Source of the DNA: Gracilinanus agilis
Lineage: Eukaryota
Direction of reading: 5' to 3'
Assembly: GCF_016433145.1 (NCBI RefSeq)
Contig: NC_058130.1
Span: forward strand, 797,441,400-797,505,399
DNA: 64,000 nucleotides
Of this stretch, positions 13,225 to 34,985 are shown piece by piece. Position numbers and translations under genes: made by a program. Positions within the stretch are counted from its first letter, which is position 1; each line of letters opens with the position of its first letter. The notes beneath the pieces are model-generated. The model was not told the DNA's origin. It ran no database searches and saw nothing but the letters and a program-made list of their open reading frames with translations.

Positions 13225-13793
13225 TGTGGGAAATAAAATGGGTATAAAAGGATAGATTTAAAAACAGCATGGTTTGAAAAGATTTATTAACAGCCATTTA
13301 GAAAAATGAAGCCAGGTGCCTGTTAAGAGTTAGTCTGAAAGTCGCTGCCATTACCTCCTCCTCCCATCCCAGCTCTGTACCAAATCACCAAAGAGGAAGT
13401 ACCCATCTGGTCCTATAAAAGTGAAATTTGGGAAATGCCATCTAAAAGTGTATATATTTCTATGGACATGGGGAATGTATCAAAACTACATTTCCCATGA
13501 TCCAACATGGTCCAACTGGTTTCCGTTTCCGGGTCTTTGGGCTTGGGGAGGCCATCGTCTTGACACAGGGAAGAGCTTATAATCTCCTGGGTTAGGAGGG
13601 AGTGGCTCTTGGCCAGCAGACTCGGGAGGAGAGAGGATAACAAATGGAGGCGGCAGTTTTGAATGCTTACAAGTGCGTGGTCTAATTATCTATCAGTATG
13701 GCTTTAATTAAAATACTAATATATATATATATTTATACCAGCCTTTATCATTTTTCATATTTATAGTCCTCAGTCTTTATACTTTTCTCTACA
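13225..13793 (-). mobile_element. Possible solo LTR
   Basis: TG...CA ends, minus-strand AATAAA (~13283) and TATA-like motif, and an internal AACTACATTTCCCA. The TSD is imperfect (ttga/ttat). Confidence 0.4.
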
Positions 13794-14119
13794 TTATTAT
13801 GCTTCCTGCCCACATGATTATGCAAGAGAGGAAGCCAGTTGGCTCTTGGGAAATGTAGTTTGAAAGAGCCCTAAATGTCTACAGGAAATTAGATCTGGGA
13901 CCTCAAATTTAGTTCAAGGACTCCCAAATTTCCAGTATCACAGATGTCTGGAAGAGAGTGAGATGGATGACTTTGTGCAAGTCAGCCTCACTTAAATCTA
14001 ATTCACAAGAGCACCAAGATATCACTCTGGGATGTCATTGGTCCTCTTTGAAAGCGAAAGGTAAAGAATAACGCCATTGTCACCTTATTTAACTTATTGG
14101 AGAGTAAATGATGTGAGAT

Positions 14120-14546
14120 GCCTTTTGGATGAACCCAAGGCCAGAATTGCTGGGAGAAATAGCAACAATTTCAGATATACAAATGACAGTACTCGAAGGG
14201 CAGAAAGTAAAGAAGAATTAAGAAGCCTCTTGATGAGGTGAAAAAGGAGAGTGTAAGAGCTGGCTTCAAGCTTAATATAGACAAACAAAGATCTTGGCAA
14301 CTGGTCCCATTGCTTTCCAACAAATAAAGGGAGAGAAGATAGATGCAAAGTTGGACTTTATATCCTTGGGCTCAAAGATCACTGCAGATAGGGACTGAAG
14401 CCATGAAATTAAAAGATACTGGCTCCTTGGAAGAAAAGCTATGGCAAACATTGGGACAGCATACTAAAAAGCAGAGATGATCACCTTGCCAACAAAAGTC
14501 AGTATAGTCAAAGCTATTGTTTTTCCAGTAGTCATTTTTGGCTCTG
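14120..14546 (+). mobile_element. BovB-like RTE LINE, RT-region fragment
   Basis: Close resemblance to BovB RT: ggagaaatagcaacaatttcagatatacaaatgac (degenerate RYADD), ctcaaagatcactgcagat, ccatgaaattaaaagat...ctccttggaagaaaagctatg, aaaagcagagat...ttgccaacaaa. Confidence 0.85.
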
Positions 14547-15188
14547 TAATGCTGGAATTTTAATATGAGACTATTTCCCTGAGAATAACATTTTTATTAA
14601 TGGATGCATATGTCTGCTAAAAAAGAATGGATCTTTCACCAGCCCTCTCTGTGAAAGACCCTCAGGCAGTTAGATTTTTGGTTTTATAGAAAGCTATGGG
14701 GGACTTCTGGGCTAAGATAGCTGCAGTGTAGAAGAAACTTCATAACTCTTCCTACTACTGTTCACAATAAAGCATCTCAAAAGGACAAAAATCAAAATCG
14801 GATGAAGAAAGGAGCTCAACCATAGGGGACACACTTGAAGGTACACAGGGTTTGTGCAAGCTGATCACACCCCAACACACACCACCTACTGTGTCAGAGT
14901 CAGAGTGAAGGCCAGGGTAATCTCTACATTCCTGGGAGCTGGCTCAGGGCACCACAGTCTTATCCCTGAGGATAGTACAAAGCCTTGACAATGAGACTTG
15001 GAACCTGCTGAGCACAGGAGTAGCGATAGCACAGAGATGGGCTGCCCACAGCAGATGCTGTGGAGACTCAAAAAATAGGTGCTCTGCAAGTGCTGCCTGC
15101 CCTCCTCACTGGGACTTCTTACTGAGAAGGGAAGATAAAACTAACATAGCAATGGCCACCAACACCCAAGAACTATAATCTACAACTA

Positions 15189-15250
<62 letters not shown>

Positions 15251-15822
15251 GAAAGGAAAAGCCTTTGACCCTGGAGAACTTCTATGGAGAAAAACAGCAG
15301 ACTACAGAGGTGACAGTAGAGAGTGACAAACAAGCAAAAACATCCAAACTTTAAAAAAAAAAAAAAGGAAATTGGTCACAGGCTCTTGAGGAACTCAAAT
15401 TGGAGTTTAAGAACCAAGTAAGAAAGATGGAGAAACAATGGGAAGAAAAATGGGAGACAGAAAGCAAGTAATTCAAAAGGAAAATAACAGTTTAAAAGAC
15501 AGAATCTTCCACTTAGAAAAAGAGGGACAGAAATCACACCAAATAATAAGCAAATTGGAGACCAGAATTGACCTGCTGGAAGTCATGAAAAGCAGTTTAG
15601 ACCAAACCGAAAAGGAAAATCAAAATATCATAGCTGAAAAACCAGTCTTTAAAGATTAGAATTGGGCAAGTAGAAGCTAATGACCTTACAAGACAGTAAG
15701 AATTAATAAATTTAAGCCAAAAGAATGACAAATTAGAAGGGAACATGAAATATCTCACCGAAAAGAAGACAAACTTGGAAAACAGGTCCAGGAGAGACAA
15801 TTTGAGAATCATAGGTCTACCT

Positions 15823-16014
15823 CAGTGATTCCCAAAGTGGGCGCTACTGCCCCCTAGTGGGTGCTGCAGTGATCCAGAGGAGCGGTGATGGCCACAGGTA
15901 CATTTATCTTTCCTATTAATTGCTATTAAAATTAAAAAAATTAATTTCCAGGGGGCTAAGTAATATTTTTTTTCTGGAAAAGGGGCAGAAGGCCAAAAAA
16001 TTTGGGAAACACTG
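15823..16014. mobile_element. hAT (Charlie-like) MITE, 192 bp, inside L1 ORF1
   Basis: TIRs CAGTGATTCCCAAAGT / AAATTTGGGAAACACTG, with a perfect 8-bp TSD GTCTACCT (15815-15822 and 16015-16022). Confidence 0.92.
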
Positions 16015-17034
16015 GTCTACCTGAAAACCTGGAAAAAAACAGAAGCCGTGACATTATATTACAAGAAATTATCCAATAAGATTGCCCTGATATTCTTGAA
16101 CAAGAGGGCAAAATAGACATTGAAAGAGTCCATAGATCACCCTCTCTATTAAACCCTTGAAAGATTACCCCCAGAAATATAATTGCCAATTTCAAGAGCT
16201 ACCAAGCCAAGGAGAAAATATTGCGAGAAGTCAGAAAAAATGACAATTCAGATATCAAGGAATCCCAGTCAGGATTACACAAAAGTCAGGATTACACAAG
16301 ATCTGGCTACTTCCACACTAAAGGACTGCAAGGTTTAAAATGTGATATTCAGAAAGGCAAGAGAATTGGTTCTATGACCAAAGATCACCTACCCATAAAA
16401 ACTGATTATATACTTCCAGGGGAAAAGTATGAGCATTTTAAAAATAGAAGATTTCCAAGTATTTGCAGAAAAAAAGACAAGAATTAAATGGAAAAATTTG
16501 ATGTCTAAGTACAAAATTTAAGAGAAACTTGAAAAGGTAAACAAGAAAGAGGGGGAAAAATTTTGAGGGCTTCAGTAAACTCAAATTATTTATATTTCTA
16601 CATGAAAAAATGATATTTGTAACTCTCAAAAACTGTATTCACTATCATAGTAGTTAGAAGAATTATTCATAGGTAGATGTTGGGGTACTAAGTGGTTTAA
16701 GATGATATGTAAAAAAAGGGGGGGGGGAGGAATAGAATATAGCACCAAGAGAAACTTGAAGGAAGAAGAAAAATAGGATACATTATGCCACATAAAGAGA
16801 CACATGTGAGGGGGACAGGAAGAATACTATTATAAAAAGGAGAGGAAGAGAGTGCTAATAGGTAACAAGAAAAATAAAAGGGGAATAAGAAGGGAGAGGG
16901 TGGGAATGGAAGTAAAATAAGAGTGGGGGTTGGGGGACTGATTAAAAGCAAAACACTGGTATAGAAGGAAATAGTGAAAGAAGAAAGGGCAGGACTAGGA
17001 GAGGAAATCAAAATGATGGGGAATACACAGATGG

Positions 17035-17697
17035 TGTGTAAATAGAATTAGCTCTAGCCCATTCATAGTCAAAACCCTACTCAACCTAGGCATAGAAATG
17101 ATGTCACCCTCACCTTCCTTAGTGGGGAGGGGAGACGAGTTACCCACACATGACAATAAGTAACAAATCAAGAACAAGGGATGGCCCTTTGGGCAGACCA
17201 AATCAATGTGGAGACTGCCATTTGTCTACTTGAATTAGAGGTGGACCCACAGGAAGTGACGAAGGACACTATCTCTTTAAGTAAGTTAGTTACTTCCTGT
17301 GGAGGCAGTTCCCGCCTTGAACTTGGTGCTGAAGGATCTCCTGAGACCACAGAACGCTTCCACTCTGTATTGTCACGTGGCTAAGTTAGGCTGACTTCCT
17401 TGGCCTACCTGGGCCGCTTCCAAACTCTGCCTATCTGGTTGTTAGGCCTTGAGGCTGACAGCTTCATTTATTTAGCCTTTTAATCTTCTCTCTAGTCCAG
17501 GCATTCGCAGGCCTGGACTAGCCTCTCCCTTTCTCTTTATTCCTATACTCTTACCTTCCTAGTTGTAAATAAACTTGCCTCAACCTGATGCCAACTTAGG
17601 TCTGATTTAATTACGGAATCAATCTGAACTGTTGATTCCTGGCGGCCACATTTTAAATATATATATATCTATAAAATACCCAAATTTTCCTCTTACA
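17035..17697 (+). mobile_element. Solo LTR (ERV1-type) inserted at the start of L1 ORF2
   Basis: TG...CA termini, perfect 4-bp TSD ATGG (17031-17034 and 17698-17701), internal AATAAA (~17568). Removing it restores the L1 sequence acacagatggtaatcataac. Confidence 0.9.
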
Positions 17698-20555
17698 ATG
17701 GTAATCATAACTTTGAATGTGAATGAGATAAATACCCATAAGACTAGGAGCTGGTACTTTGAAAAAACAAATGAAATAGGTAAAGTACTGGTTAATCTAA
17801 TAAAAAAAGGAAAGAAGAAAACCAAATTAACAGTATCAAAGATGAAGAGGGAGACCTCACCTCTAATGAAGAGGAAATTAAGGTAATTATTAAGAACTAT
17901 TTTGCCCAATCATTTGGCAATAAACATGGCAATCTAGGTGATGTGGATGAATATTTACAAACATATAAACTGCCTAGATTAACAGAAGAGGAAATATAAT
18001 ACTTAAGTAATCTCATACCAGAAATAGAAATCAAACAAGCCATCAAAGAACTCCCTAAGAAAAAATCCCCAGGGCCAGATGGATTCATAAGTGAATTCTA
18101 TCAAACATTTAAGGAACAACTAATTCCAATACTATACAAACTATATGACAAAATAAACAAAGAAGGAGTTCTACCAAATTCCTTTTATAACACAGATATG
18201 GTACTGATTCCAAAACCCAGCAGACGAAAAACAGAAAAAGAAAACTACAGACCAATCTCCTTAATGAACATAGATGCAAAAATTGTAAATAGAATATTAG
18301 CAAAAAAAACTGCAACAAGTGACCACAAGGATTATTCACTATGATCAGGTGGGATTTATACCAGGAATGCAAGAATGGTTTAATATTAGGAAAACCATCC
18401 ACATAATTGACCATATCAACAACTAAACCAACAGAAATCACGATTATCTCAACAAATGCAGAAAAATCCTTTGACAAAATACAACACTCATTCCTATTGA
18501 AAACACTAGAAAGTATAGGATTAGAAGGACCTTTCCTCAAAATAATAAACAGTATATACTTAAAATCATCAGCAAGCATCTGTAATGGGGATAAATTAGA
18601 AGCCTTCCCAATAAGATCAGGAGTAAAACAAGGATGCCCATTGTCACCTCTATTATTTAACATTGTACTAGAAACACTAGCACTAGCCATTAGAGAAGAA
18701 AAAGAAATTGAAGAGATTAAAGTAGGCAATGGGGAGATTAAACTATCCCTCTTTGCAGATGAGTTGATGGTCTACTTAAAGAATATTAGAGAATCAACTA
18801 AAAAGTTAGTGGAAATAATCAATAACTTTAGCAGAGGTGCAGGATACAAAATAAATCCACATAAATCATCAGCATTTCTATATATTTCCAACACAGTCTG
18901 ACAGCAAGAGTTAGAAAGAGAAATTCCATTTAAAATCACCCTAGACAATATAAAATACTTAGGAATCTATTTGCCAAGCCAAACACAGGAATTATACGAA
19001 CACAACTACAAAACACTTTCCACACAATTGAAACTAGATCTAAACAATTGGAAAAATATTAATTGCTCATTGGTAGGATGAGCTAATATAATAAAAATGA
19101 CCATTCTACCCAAATTAATTTACTTATTCAGTGCCATATATATCAAACTACCAAGAAACTTTTTTACTGAATTAGAAAAAACTACAACAAAGTTCATTTG
19201 GAAGAACAAAAGATCAAGAATATCAAGGGAAATAATGAAAAAAAAAGTGAAGTATGGGGGCCTAGCAGGACCAGATATTAAACTGTACTATAAAGCAGTG
19301 GTCATTGAAACAATATAGTACCGGCTAAGAGACAGAAGGGAGGATCAATGGAATAGACTTGTAGTAAATGACCTCAGCAAGATAGTGTATGATAAACTGA
19401 AAGATCCCACTTATGGGACAAAAATCCATTATTTGACAAAAACTTCTGAGAAAATTGGAAAACAGTATGGGGAGATTAGGTTTAGATCAACATCTCACAC
19501 CCTACACCAAGATAAATTCAGAATTGGTGAATGACTTGAATATAAAGAAGGAAACTATAAATAAATTAGGTGAACACAGAATAGTATACTTGTCAGATCT
19601 TTGGGAAAGGAAAGATTTTAAAACCAAGCAAGAGTTAGAGAAAATTATAAAATATAAAATTAATAATTTTGATAACATTAAATTAAAAAGGTTTTGTATA
19701 AACAAAACCAATGCTACCAAAATTAGGAGGGAAGCAACAAATTAGGAAAAAATCTTTATAACAAAAACCTTTGACAAAAGTCTAATTGCTCAGATTTATA
19801 AGGCACTAAATCGATTATACAAAAAAATCAAGCCATTCCCCAACTGATAAATGGGCAAGGGACATGAATAGACAATTTCAGATAAAGAAATCAAAACTTT
19901 CAATAAGCACATGAAAAACTGCTCTAAATCTCTTATACTTAGAGAAATGTAAATCAAAACAACTCTGAGGTACCTTCTCACACCTAGCAGATTGGCTAAC
20001 ATGACAGCAAAGGAAAGTAATAAATGTTGGAGGGGATGTGGCAAAATGGGGACATTAATATATTGCTGGTGGAGCTGTGAATTGATCTAACCATTCTGGA
20101 TGGCAATTTGAAACTATGTCCAAAGGGCTATAAAAGACTGTCTGCCTTTGATCCAGCCATACCATTGCTGGGTTTATACCCCCAAGGAAATAATAAGGAA
20201 AAAGACTCAAAAAGGCTTTAAAAGAAGTAATGGACTTCTTTACTAGCAGCAATGCAATTCTAAGGGACTTATCAGAAAGATACTATCCACATCCAGAAAC
20301 AAAGAAGAAAAACAACTGCTGGATCATATGGATTGATGGAGATATGATTGTGGATGTAGACTCTAAGCGATCACCCTAATGCAAATATTAGTAATATGGA
20401 AATGAGACATGTAAAACCCAGTGGAATTGTGTGTTGGCTACAGGAGGAGGGTGGGAGGAGAGGAGGGAAAGAACATGAATCTTGTAACCATGGAAAAATA
20501 TTCTAAATTGATTAATTAAATAAATAAATTTACTTAAAAAAAAGTTGCTTCCTCT

Positions 20556-21720
20556 TGTGATTGTCTTAATAGTTCTACCTTTAGGCCTCCCCTGACATGC
20601 CCATTCGTGGATGTTTCCAAAGAGGAGGTGGACTTGGAGCCCTCAGCTCCTCCCACATTACTTCAGCACAGGGGAGGTTGAGCTTTGCCTCAATAAGGAG
20701 GGCATGGACACACCTTTCTCCATCCACAAAGACTTGGCTGGCTGACCTTTGTAATTAATAAGTGGGTCACAGGGGCCTTAGGCTGGTAATAAGGCTAGCA
20801 GGAGGATGGTGCTGGTTGTAAGGCAGGAGTGAACCGCAATGGGGCTGGACTTGTAACTTGTTTGTAACTGTAACAAGGATCCAACCCGGGTAACTGAGTG
20901 TCCAGAGAAACCTCAGGCTAGCTACCAGGCTCTTTTAAGATATCAAGTAACCAACTGGCCCCTTTCCTGCTGAGGAAGCAACTCCCTATTGGTTAATGGC
21001 AGGCTGGCAGGAGGTGGATATTGAACTTCCTGCCCCTCAGCAATGGAGTTTGTTCCAACCCAAACTGCTCAGAATCCCTTCCTGTTGCTTTTCTCCTTGG
21101 TCTGTGATGGTAGGCAAATAACCACAGAATCCTCTGAGTAAGACTAGGGTTTATTGATAACTGAGTAAGGGAACAAGGCAGTGGTAAGAGGGTTAGGAAA
21201 TACTGAGATGTGATGGTAAAAGATTGTCTCACTTAGGTTGGTAGAGATCCTTTTGGGATGGTCTTTGCTGACTCAGGGCAGGCAGCCCTGGGTCAGAGTG
21301 ATGTGGTCACTGGTTGATAAATAAAGTTGTTCTTGGACTAACTCTTGCCAGTGGTGACAGATATATTGAGTTGCTCTAGAAGATTAGGTCTTAAAACCGT
21401 ACACTACTCTAGGCCTCGCTACCCACATGCTCATCCCACCACCCAGGGCCCAAGGGGGGTGAGGGGTAAGTAAGTAGTCAGGGCAAAGTCAGGGGGAAAC
21501 AGAACCGGGCCCTGGGTCTCCAGGGCTTTTTATACCCTTGGTTCACTGGCAGTTGTGGCTCATGCCGCCTTCAACATTCCATCCAGGGCAACTGACAGGT
21601 CTGCCCTAAGCCAACATGGCAAGGTTAAAATCCTATTTTACACTTTTCAAATGGGTCGAAGCTCGATATGGCTGATCAGTTCTGCCTTCGAGGGCCTTGA
21701 ATCTTATCAAGGTCTTAACA
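20556..21720. mobile_element. Probable LTR-derived sequence (one or two adjacent LTRs)
   Basis: TG start at 20556, AATAAA at ~21320, CA end at 21403, and a minus-strand TATAAAAA at ~21528. TSDs were not confirmed. Confidence 0.4.
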
Positions 21721-22158
21721 AAAGATGGCTGGTCTCGGCCAGTCTGAGAGCTTCAGCCGGGCAGTAACCTCTGCTCGGAAGCAGGCGGCTTCACCCGGCC
21801 TTGGGATTTCTCAGAGAAACAACAGGATTCCACAGAAGAAAGCCGAGTGCTCGAGAATCTGGGCAGAAAGAGATCCAACCAGCCACTCGGGAAGCCAGTT
21901 CAGACCGTTCTCTGGAAGGGCGAATGCTGAAGCTGAAATACTTTGGCCTCCCTGGGAAAGCCCCGGCTGTGGAAACGAGGGCAGACGAGGAGCTGGGGCA
22001 GACCTAGGAAAGGGTGGAGGGCAGAAGGGTCCGGAAGCCCCTCCCACAGAAGCCTCCTCCGCGTTAATTCTCTTGCACTGGCCTTGGACAGGGTACAGAA
22101 CGTGGCTGGCCGCGGGCTCCTGGAGGGCAGGAGCCACCCAGCGCTCGTCCGCCTAAAG

Positions 22159-22205
22159 GAATGAATGAATGAATGAATGAATGAATGAATGAATGAATGA
22201 ATGAA
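22159..22205. repeat. (GAAT)n microsatellite, probably an L2 tail
   Basis: About 11 perfect GAAT units followed by an L2-like gggcttactcaatgcatagtgacaggcac. Confidence 0.9.
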
Positions 22206-23006
22206 GGGCTTACTCAATGCATAGTGACAGGCACCAGATGCCAAGAGGCGCGGCCTCTTTCAGGAGCCCATGGCTCGGAGGCTGAGAGGGAAGGCTCGGG
22301 GCCACGCAGTGGCAGGGCAGGTTGAGAGAGTGCAGCAACTAGCAAGGACAGAGAGAGCCTACATTTCCCAGAAGGCCTGGCGGTGCGTCCTGGCTCCGGG
22401 CACACCTCCGGCGCTGTCCCCTTGGTTCCGTCACTTCCGCCTCTGACGCCTGGGAGCGGGCCCGCGCCTGCTTCTCCTCCCCTCCTCCTCAGCCTCTGCC
22501 GCTCCACTGACCCTGCCCTCTGTGACCGCGCATCTTGGGCCAGGCGAGTCAGTGCCGGAAGCCGAAGGAACAGGCGGAAGGGTCCGCCGGGCTCCTGCCG
22601 GGGGAATCTCTGGGGAGAAGAGAAGCCGCGCTTCGGCCGGCCCCCGAATACACTCATTGGCCAGGCCAGGGGGGTGGGGCCGTCTGTAACTAATCGGGTA
22701 TCACCTCGGCGACCTGGCCCCACCCGGAAACGCCCCCTCCCCAGTCGCCTGCTCCCATTGGGCACCTCCTCGGGGTGGCATTCGAACTGGTTCCGCCCCC
22801 TCCCTAGTATGGACACGTGCAGTGTGAGTGGTCCAGCACCTGGTCGCGTCTCCTTGCTAGCAAGGTCAGCTCTCCGACCTTGGCATTCCGGGCTCCCGGG
22901 CTTCCGGACGTCCCAGGGTAGCTCTCCCTTCGTGGGGCGGGGGCCGAGGCGGCCCCTGTCAGCTGCCCAGGAGGAGGAGGAGGAGGCGGCGGAGGAGGCA
23001 GTAGCG

Positions 23007-31914
<8,908 letters not shown>

Positions 31915-32739
31915 GAATGTGACACGTGTGAAGGCTTTCTGCTAGAATACATTATTTATTGAACGCCAGAGGATTCATACCGAAGAAAACCTTATGAATC
32001 TGGAAAAGTAGGACTTAGTCAATAGCAGATGACTCTTAGAGGGATATAACTTTATGAATGTACTGATGTAGGGAATGCTTTTTTTTTAAAGCAAACATCA
32101 TGGAAGAAGTTTAAAATGTATTTAACATGAAAACCCTTTCATCAAGAATATGGAACTTACTGAACATCAAATCCATATTGGAGAGAAGTATTATGTGTAA
32201 AGATTTTAGCCAGAGGCACAATCTTTTACTAAAGTTAGGGAATTCAAACCCAAATTTTGTAGTGAAGTAAGTCCTTGCTTAATTTCCCAAAATAGTTCTT
32301 ACAAGCCTCTTCTCTCATTAACTGTCTTCCTCACACATAAAACACTTGGAATCCTAATTTACTATGAAATTTTTGGATATCTAATTGGATATAATGAAAC
32401 TGTTTCCTGAAAAATCCTGTGAATTGCCATCCATGCTTTTAATCCTTCCTGTCACTGAGGAAGAACCATCTCTAGACTTTGCTGAAATTTCTTCCTTCAG
32501 TACTTCTGCAGAATTCCTTTCCTTCTACTAACCTTCTCTTCAGCATCTACCTTCAGCAATCATCTAATCCTATTTCCCCCACCCACCCCTTCTACCAACC
32601 ATCAGGGCTTTTCTGTATTAGAAAACTACCTGAAACCTGCACCAGCCAACTACAACACATTCTGCTGACAAACAATAAAAAAAATCTGCCTCCTTGCAGC
32701 CTTCCTTGTTGTCCTCCTTTTTTCCTATGCTTTGAAGCT

Positions 32740-33520
32740 GAGTTTATGCCCCACAACACCTCATCCTGAAATTGCTCCTCCAAAGTTCACCAAAGTCCTC
32801 CTCTTCAGTCTTTATCCTCTAAGAATTATGTGTCAATTATCAGCAACTCGAGTCATTTTTCCTTCTCGATACTCTGTCCCTCCTTGGCTTTCAGGACAGG
32901 TACTGTCTCGCTTGATAGCAGCTCCTACTATGTAAGAAGTACTTGAATGTTCGAAGAGCGCATTCCCACCCTCCTTTTACAAATGAGAACATTGAGATTC
33001 CCAAGGCTTGACTTGCCTGTGGAGCTTTTCATGCCCCAGTCTTCTCTCTCCCCGTAGTCACCATTATGATGATGATAACTCAGATTTGCATAGTGTTCGC
33101 TTCAAGGTTTCAAAGGGGACAAGCATGATCTTGTAGGAGCCCCATAACAACTCTGGAAAAGAGGTGCTCTTATTTCCATTTTGTGACATTGAGGCTCAGG
33201 GTCACATAGAGAATAAACTTCCTGTGCTGTGCCCATTTTAATACACTGTGCTGCCCTTCTGAGAGCTAAAGTCCTGCCTTCTATCTGCCCCATCTTCATT
33301 CCAGTGCCTTTGCTCTATTAACTACTCTCTGCTTATCCTGTATAATATATAGCTTATTGGCACACAATTGTTTCCTTGTTTCTTCCCCCATTAGGCCACA
33401 GGCTCCTGGAGGACAGGGACTGTCTTTTTCCTCTGTATCCCCAGAGCTTAGCTCAGTGCCTGGCAGATAGTAGGGGCTTACCAGATACTTAGTATTTATT
33501 TAGACTGACTGACTAGGAAT
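32740..33520 (+). mobile_element. L2 fragments with an interspersed MIR
   Basis: ctgaaattgctcctccaaagttcacc (L2 RT region) and ctcctggaggacagggactgtc...gtgcctggcagatagtagg (L2 3' end). Confidence 0.65.
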
Positions 33521-34729
33521 CTGAACTTACTTCCAAGGTTTCAAGTGCATCCTCCAAGGGTTCCTCTCCAAACCTGAGCCAGCCTGGCTTGGGAGCTGCT
33601 GCTGGTGATACGTTCCACCATTCAGCTCATCTCCTACATTCAGTACCTCTATATCGGTTCTGTTTTTTTTCACTGTCCTTCACCAAGTCCTGTCCTGCCA
33701 TGAAAATGTCCCTTGTATCGGTTCTTTCTCTTCATTCCCATTTCACCCCTCTCGTAGGCAGAGGCAACCATGCTTATGTCAGAGCCAGAAGGGATCTGGG
33801 TGTGTAGCGCCTCTCCATTATTTACTAGCTTGGGCTACCAGTCAAGTTGCAGGGTGTTTCCTAATCTGTAAAATGGAGTTAACACTTGTAGGACTTGCCT
33901 TACAGATTTGTTGTGCGGCCTTACTGGGAATCTAAAGACCTGCATCAACCCAGTTGCTGGTTGGGCTGGTCCTTATTCTTGCCTGGAGGGATTAGCACAG
34001 CTGCCTTACCAGACTCCAGGCTAACGGGCTGGAATGGCCAGGCTCCAGGTACCTGACTTCTCAAATCTTGACTGCAGTTCTCTTGCCTTTCATTAACGCT
34101 CGAGGTCACCCCAATGTTCATGAAGTACTTACTATGTGCTAGGTATTCGCTGGTGCCCCGCCTCCCCTGCCCAGGAGCTCCCATTCTAGTGGGGACGACA
34201 GCTCTATGTGGAATAGAAATGGAAGTAATCTCAAGGAAAGCATTAGCCTGGGGAAGAGGGTCGGCCTGGTATCAGCCTGGAGTCCTCTGGCTAACACAGA
34301 TAGGAAGCAGAGGGTGGAATGGAATTCCCTCTTTTATGGCTTTAAAGCCATTTCACGCTTAGTCTAAGGTCGAGCTTCATTGGTCGAATTGTGTTTTCAC
34401 CTAATTCAGAGATCGGAGTTGGTGCGGTTTCCATCCCACTCTTGCCTGTATAGATCTGGGAATTGTCTGCATTTATGGGAGCCGCTGAGATTGGCAAGTA
34501 AAGTAGCAGAAAGAAGCCGAGAGGGCCCAGGACAAAGACTTGGGAAACTGAACCCATGTAGGGTGGGCATGACCTGGAGGAAGCTCCAACAAGGGAGGCT
34601 TTCTCTCCTTTAGTGGCTCCTCTCCCTCGATCCATTTAGGCGTTTGTTTAGATACTTTCAGGCCAAACCGCAGGGCCACATCCTTCTTTAGGTGTTCTCG
34701 TTACCGGGGGATGGTCCAGAGCACTTGGT

Positions 34730-34985
34730 TTGCAATTACAGGTATTTTGGAACAGTCGAGTGCCAGGCCGGAAGTCAGGAAGACTTATCTTGAGTTCAAA
34801 TATGACCTCAGATACTTCCTAGCTATATGATCCAGGGCAAGTCACTTTACTCTGTTTTCCTCAGTTTTCTTGTCTGTAAAATGAGCTGGAGAAGGAGATG
34901 GCAAAGCACGCCAGTATCTCTGCCCAGAAAAACCTCAAATGTGACCCTCACAAAGAGTCAGACACACTTGAAAAACCACCGACTG
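34730..34985 (+). mobile_element. MAR1/MIR-type SINE
   Basis: agtcaggaagacttatcttgagttcaaat...gggcaagtcactt...gtaaaatgagctggagaaggagatggcaaagcac. Confidence 0.8.

Larger units (their letters stand above)
14698..20543 (+). mobile_element. Originally full-length L1 (5' UTR, ORF1, spacer, ORF2, A tail), inactivated, with nested insertions and an endonuclease deletion
   Basis: Starts GGGGGACTTCTGGGCTAAGATAGC. ORF1 motifs (LENRSRRDNLRIIGLPE); RT ORF 18407..18901 ([27 protein letters not shown]); AATAAA and A tail at 20520-20543. Confidence 0.95.
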
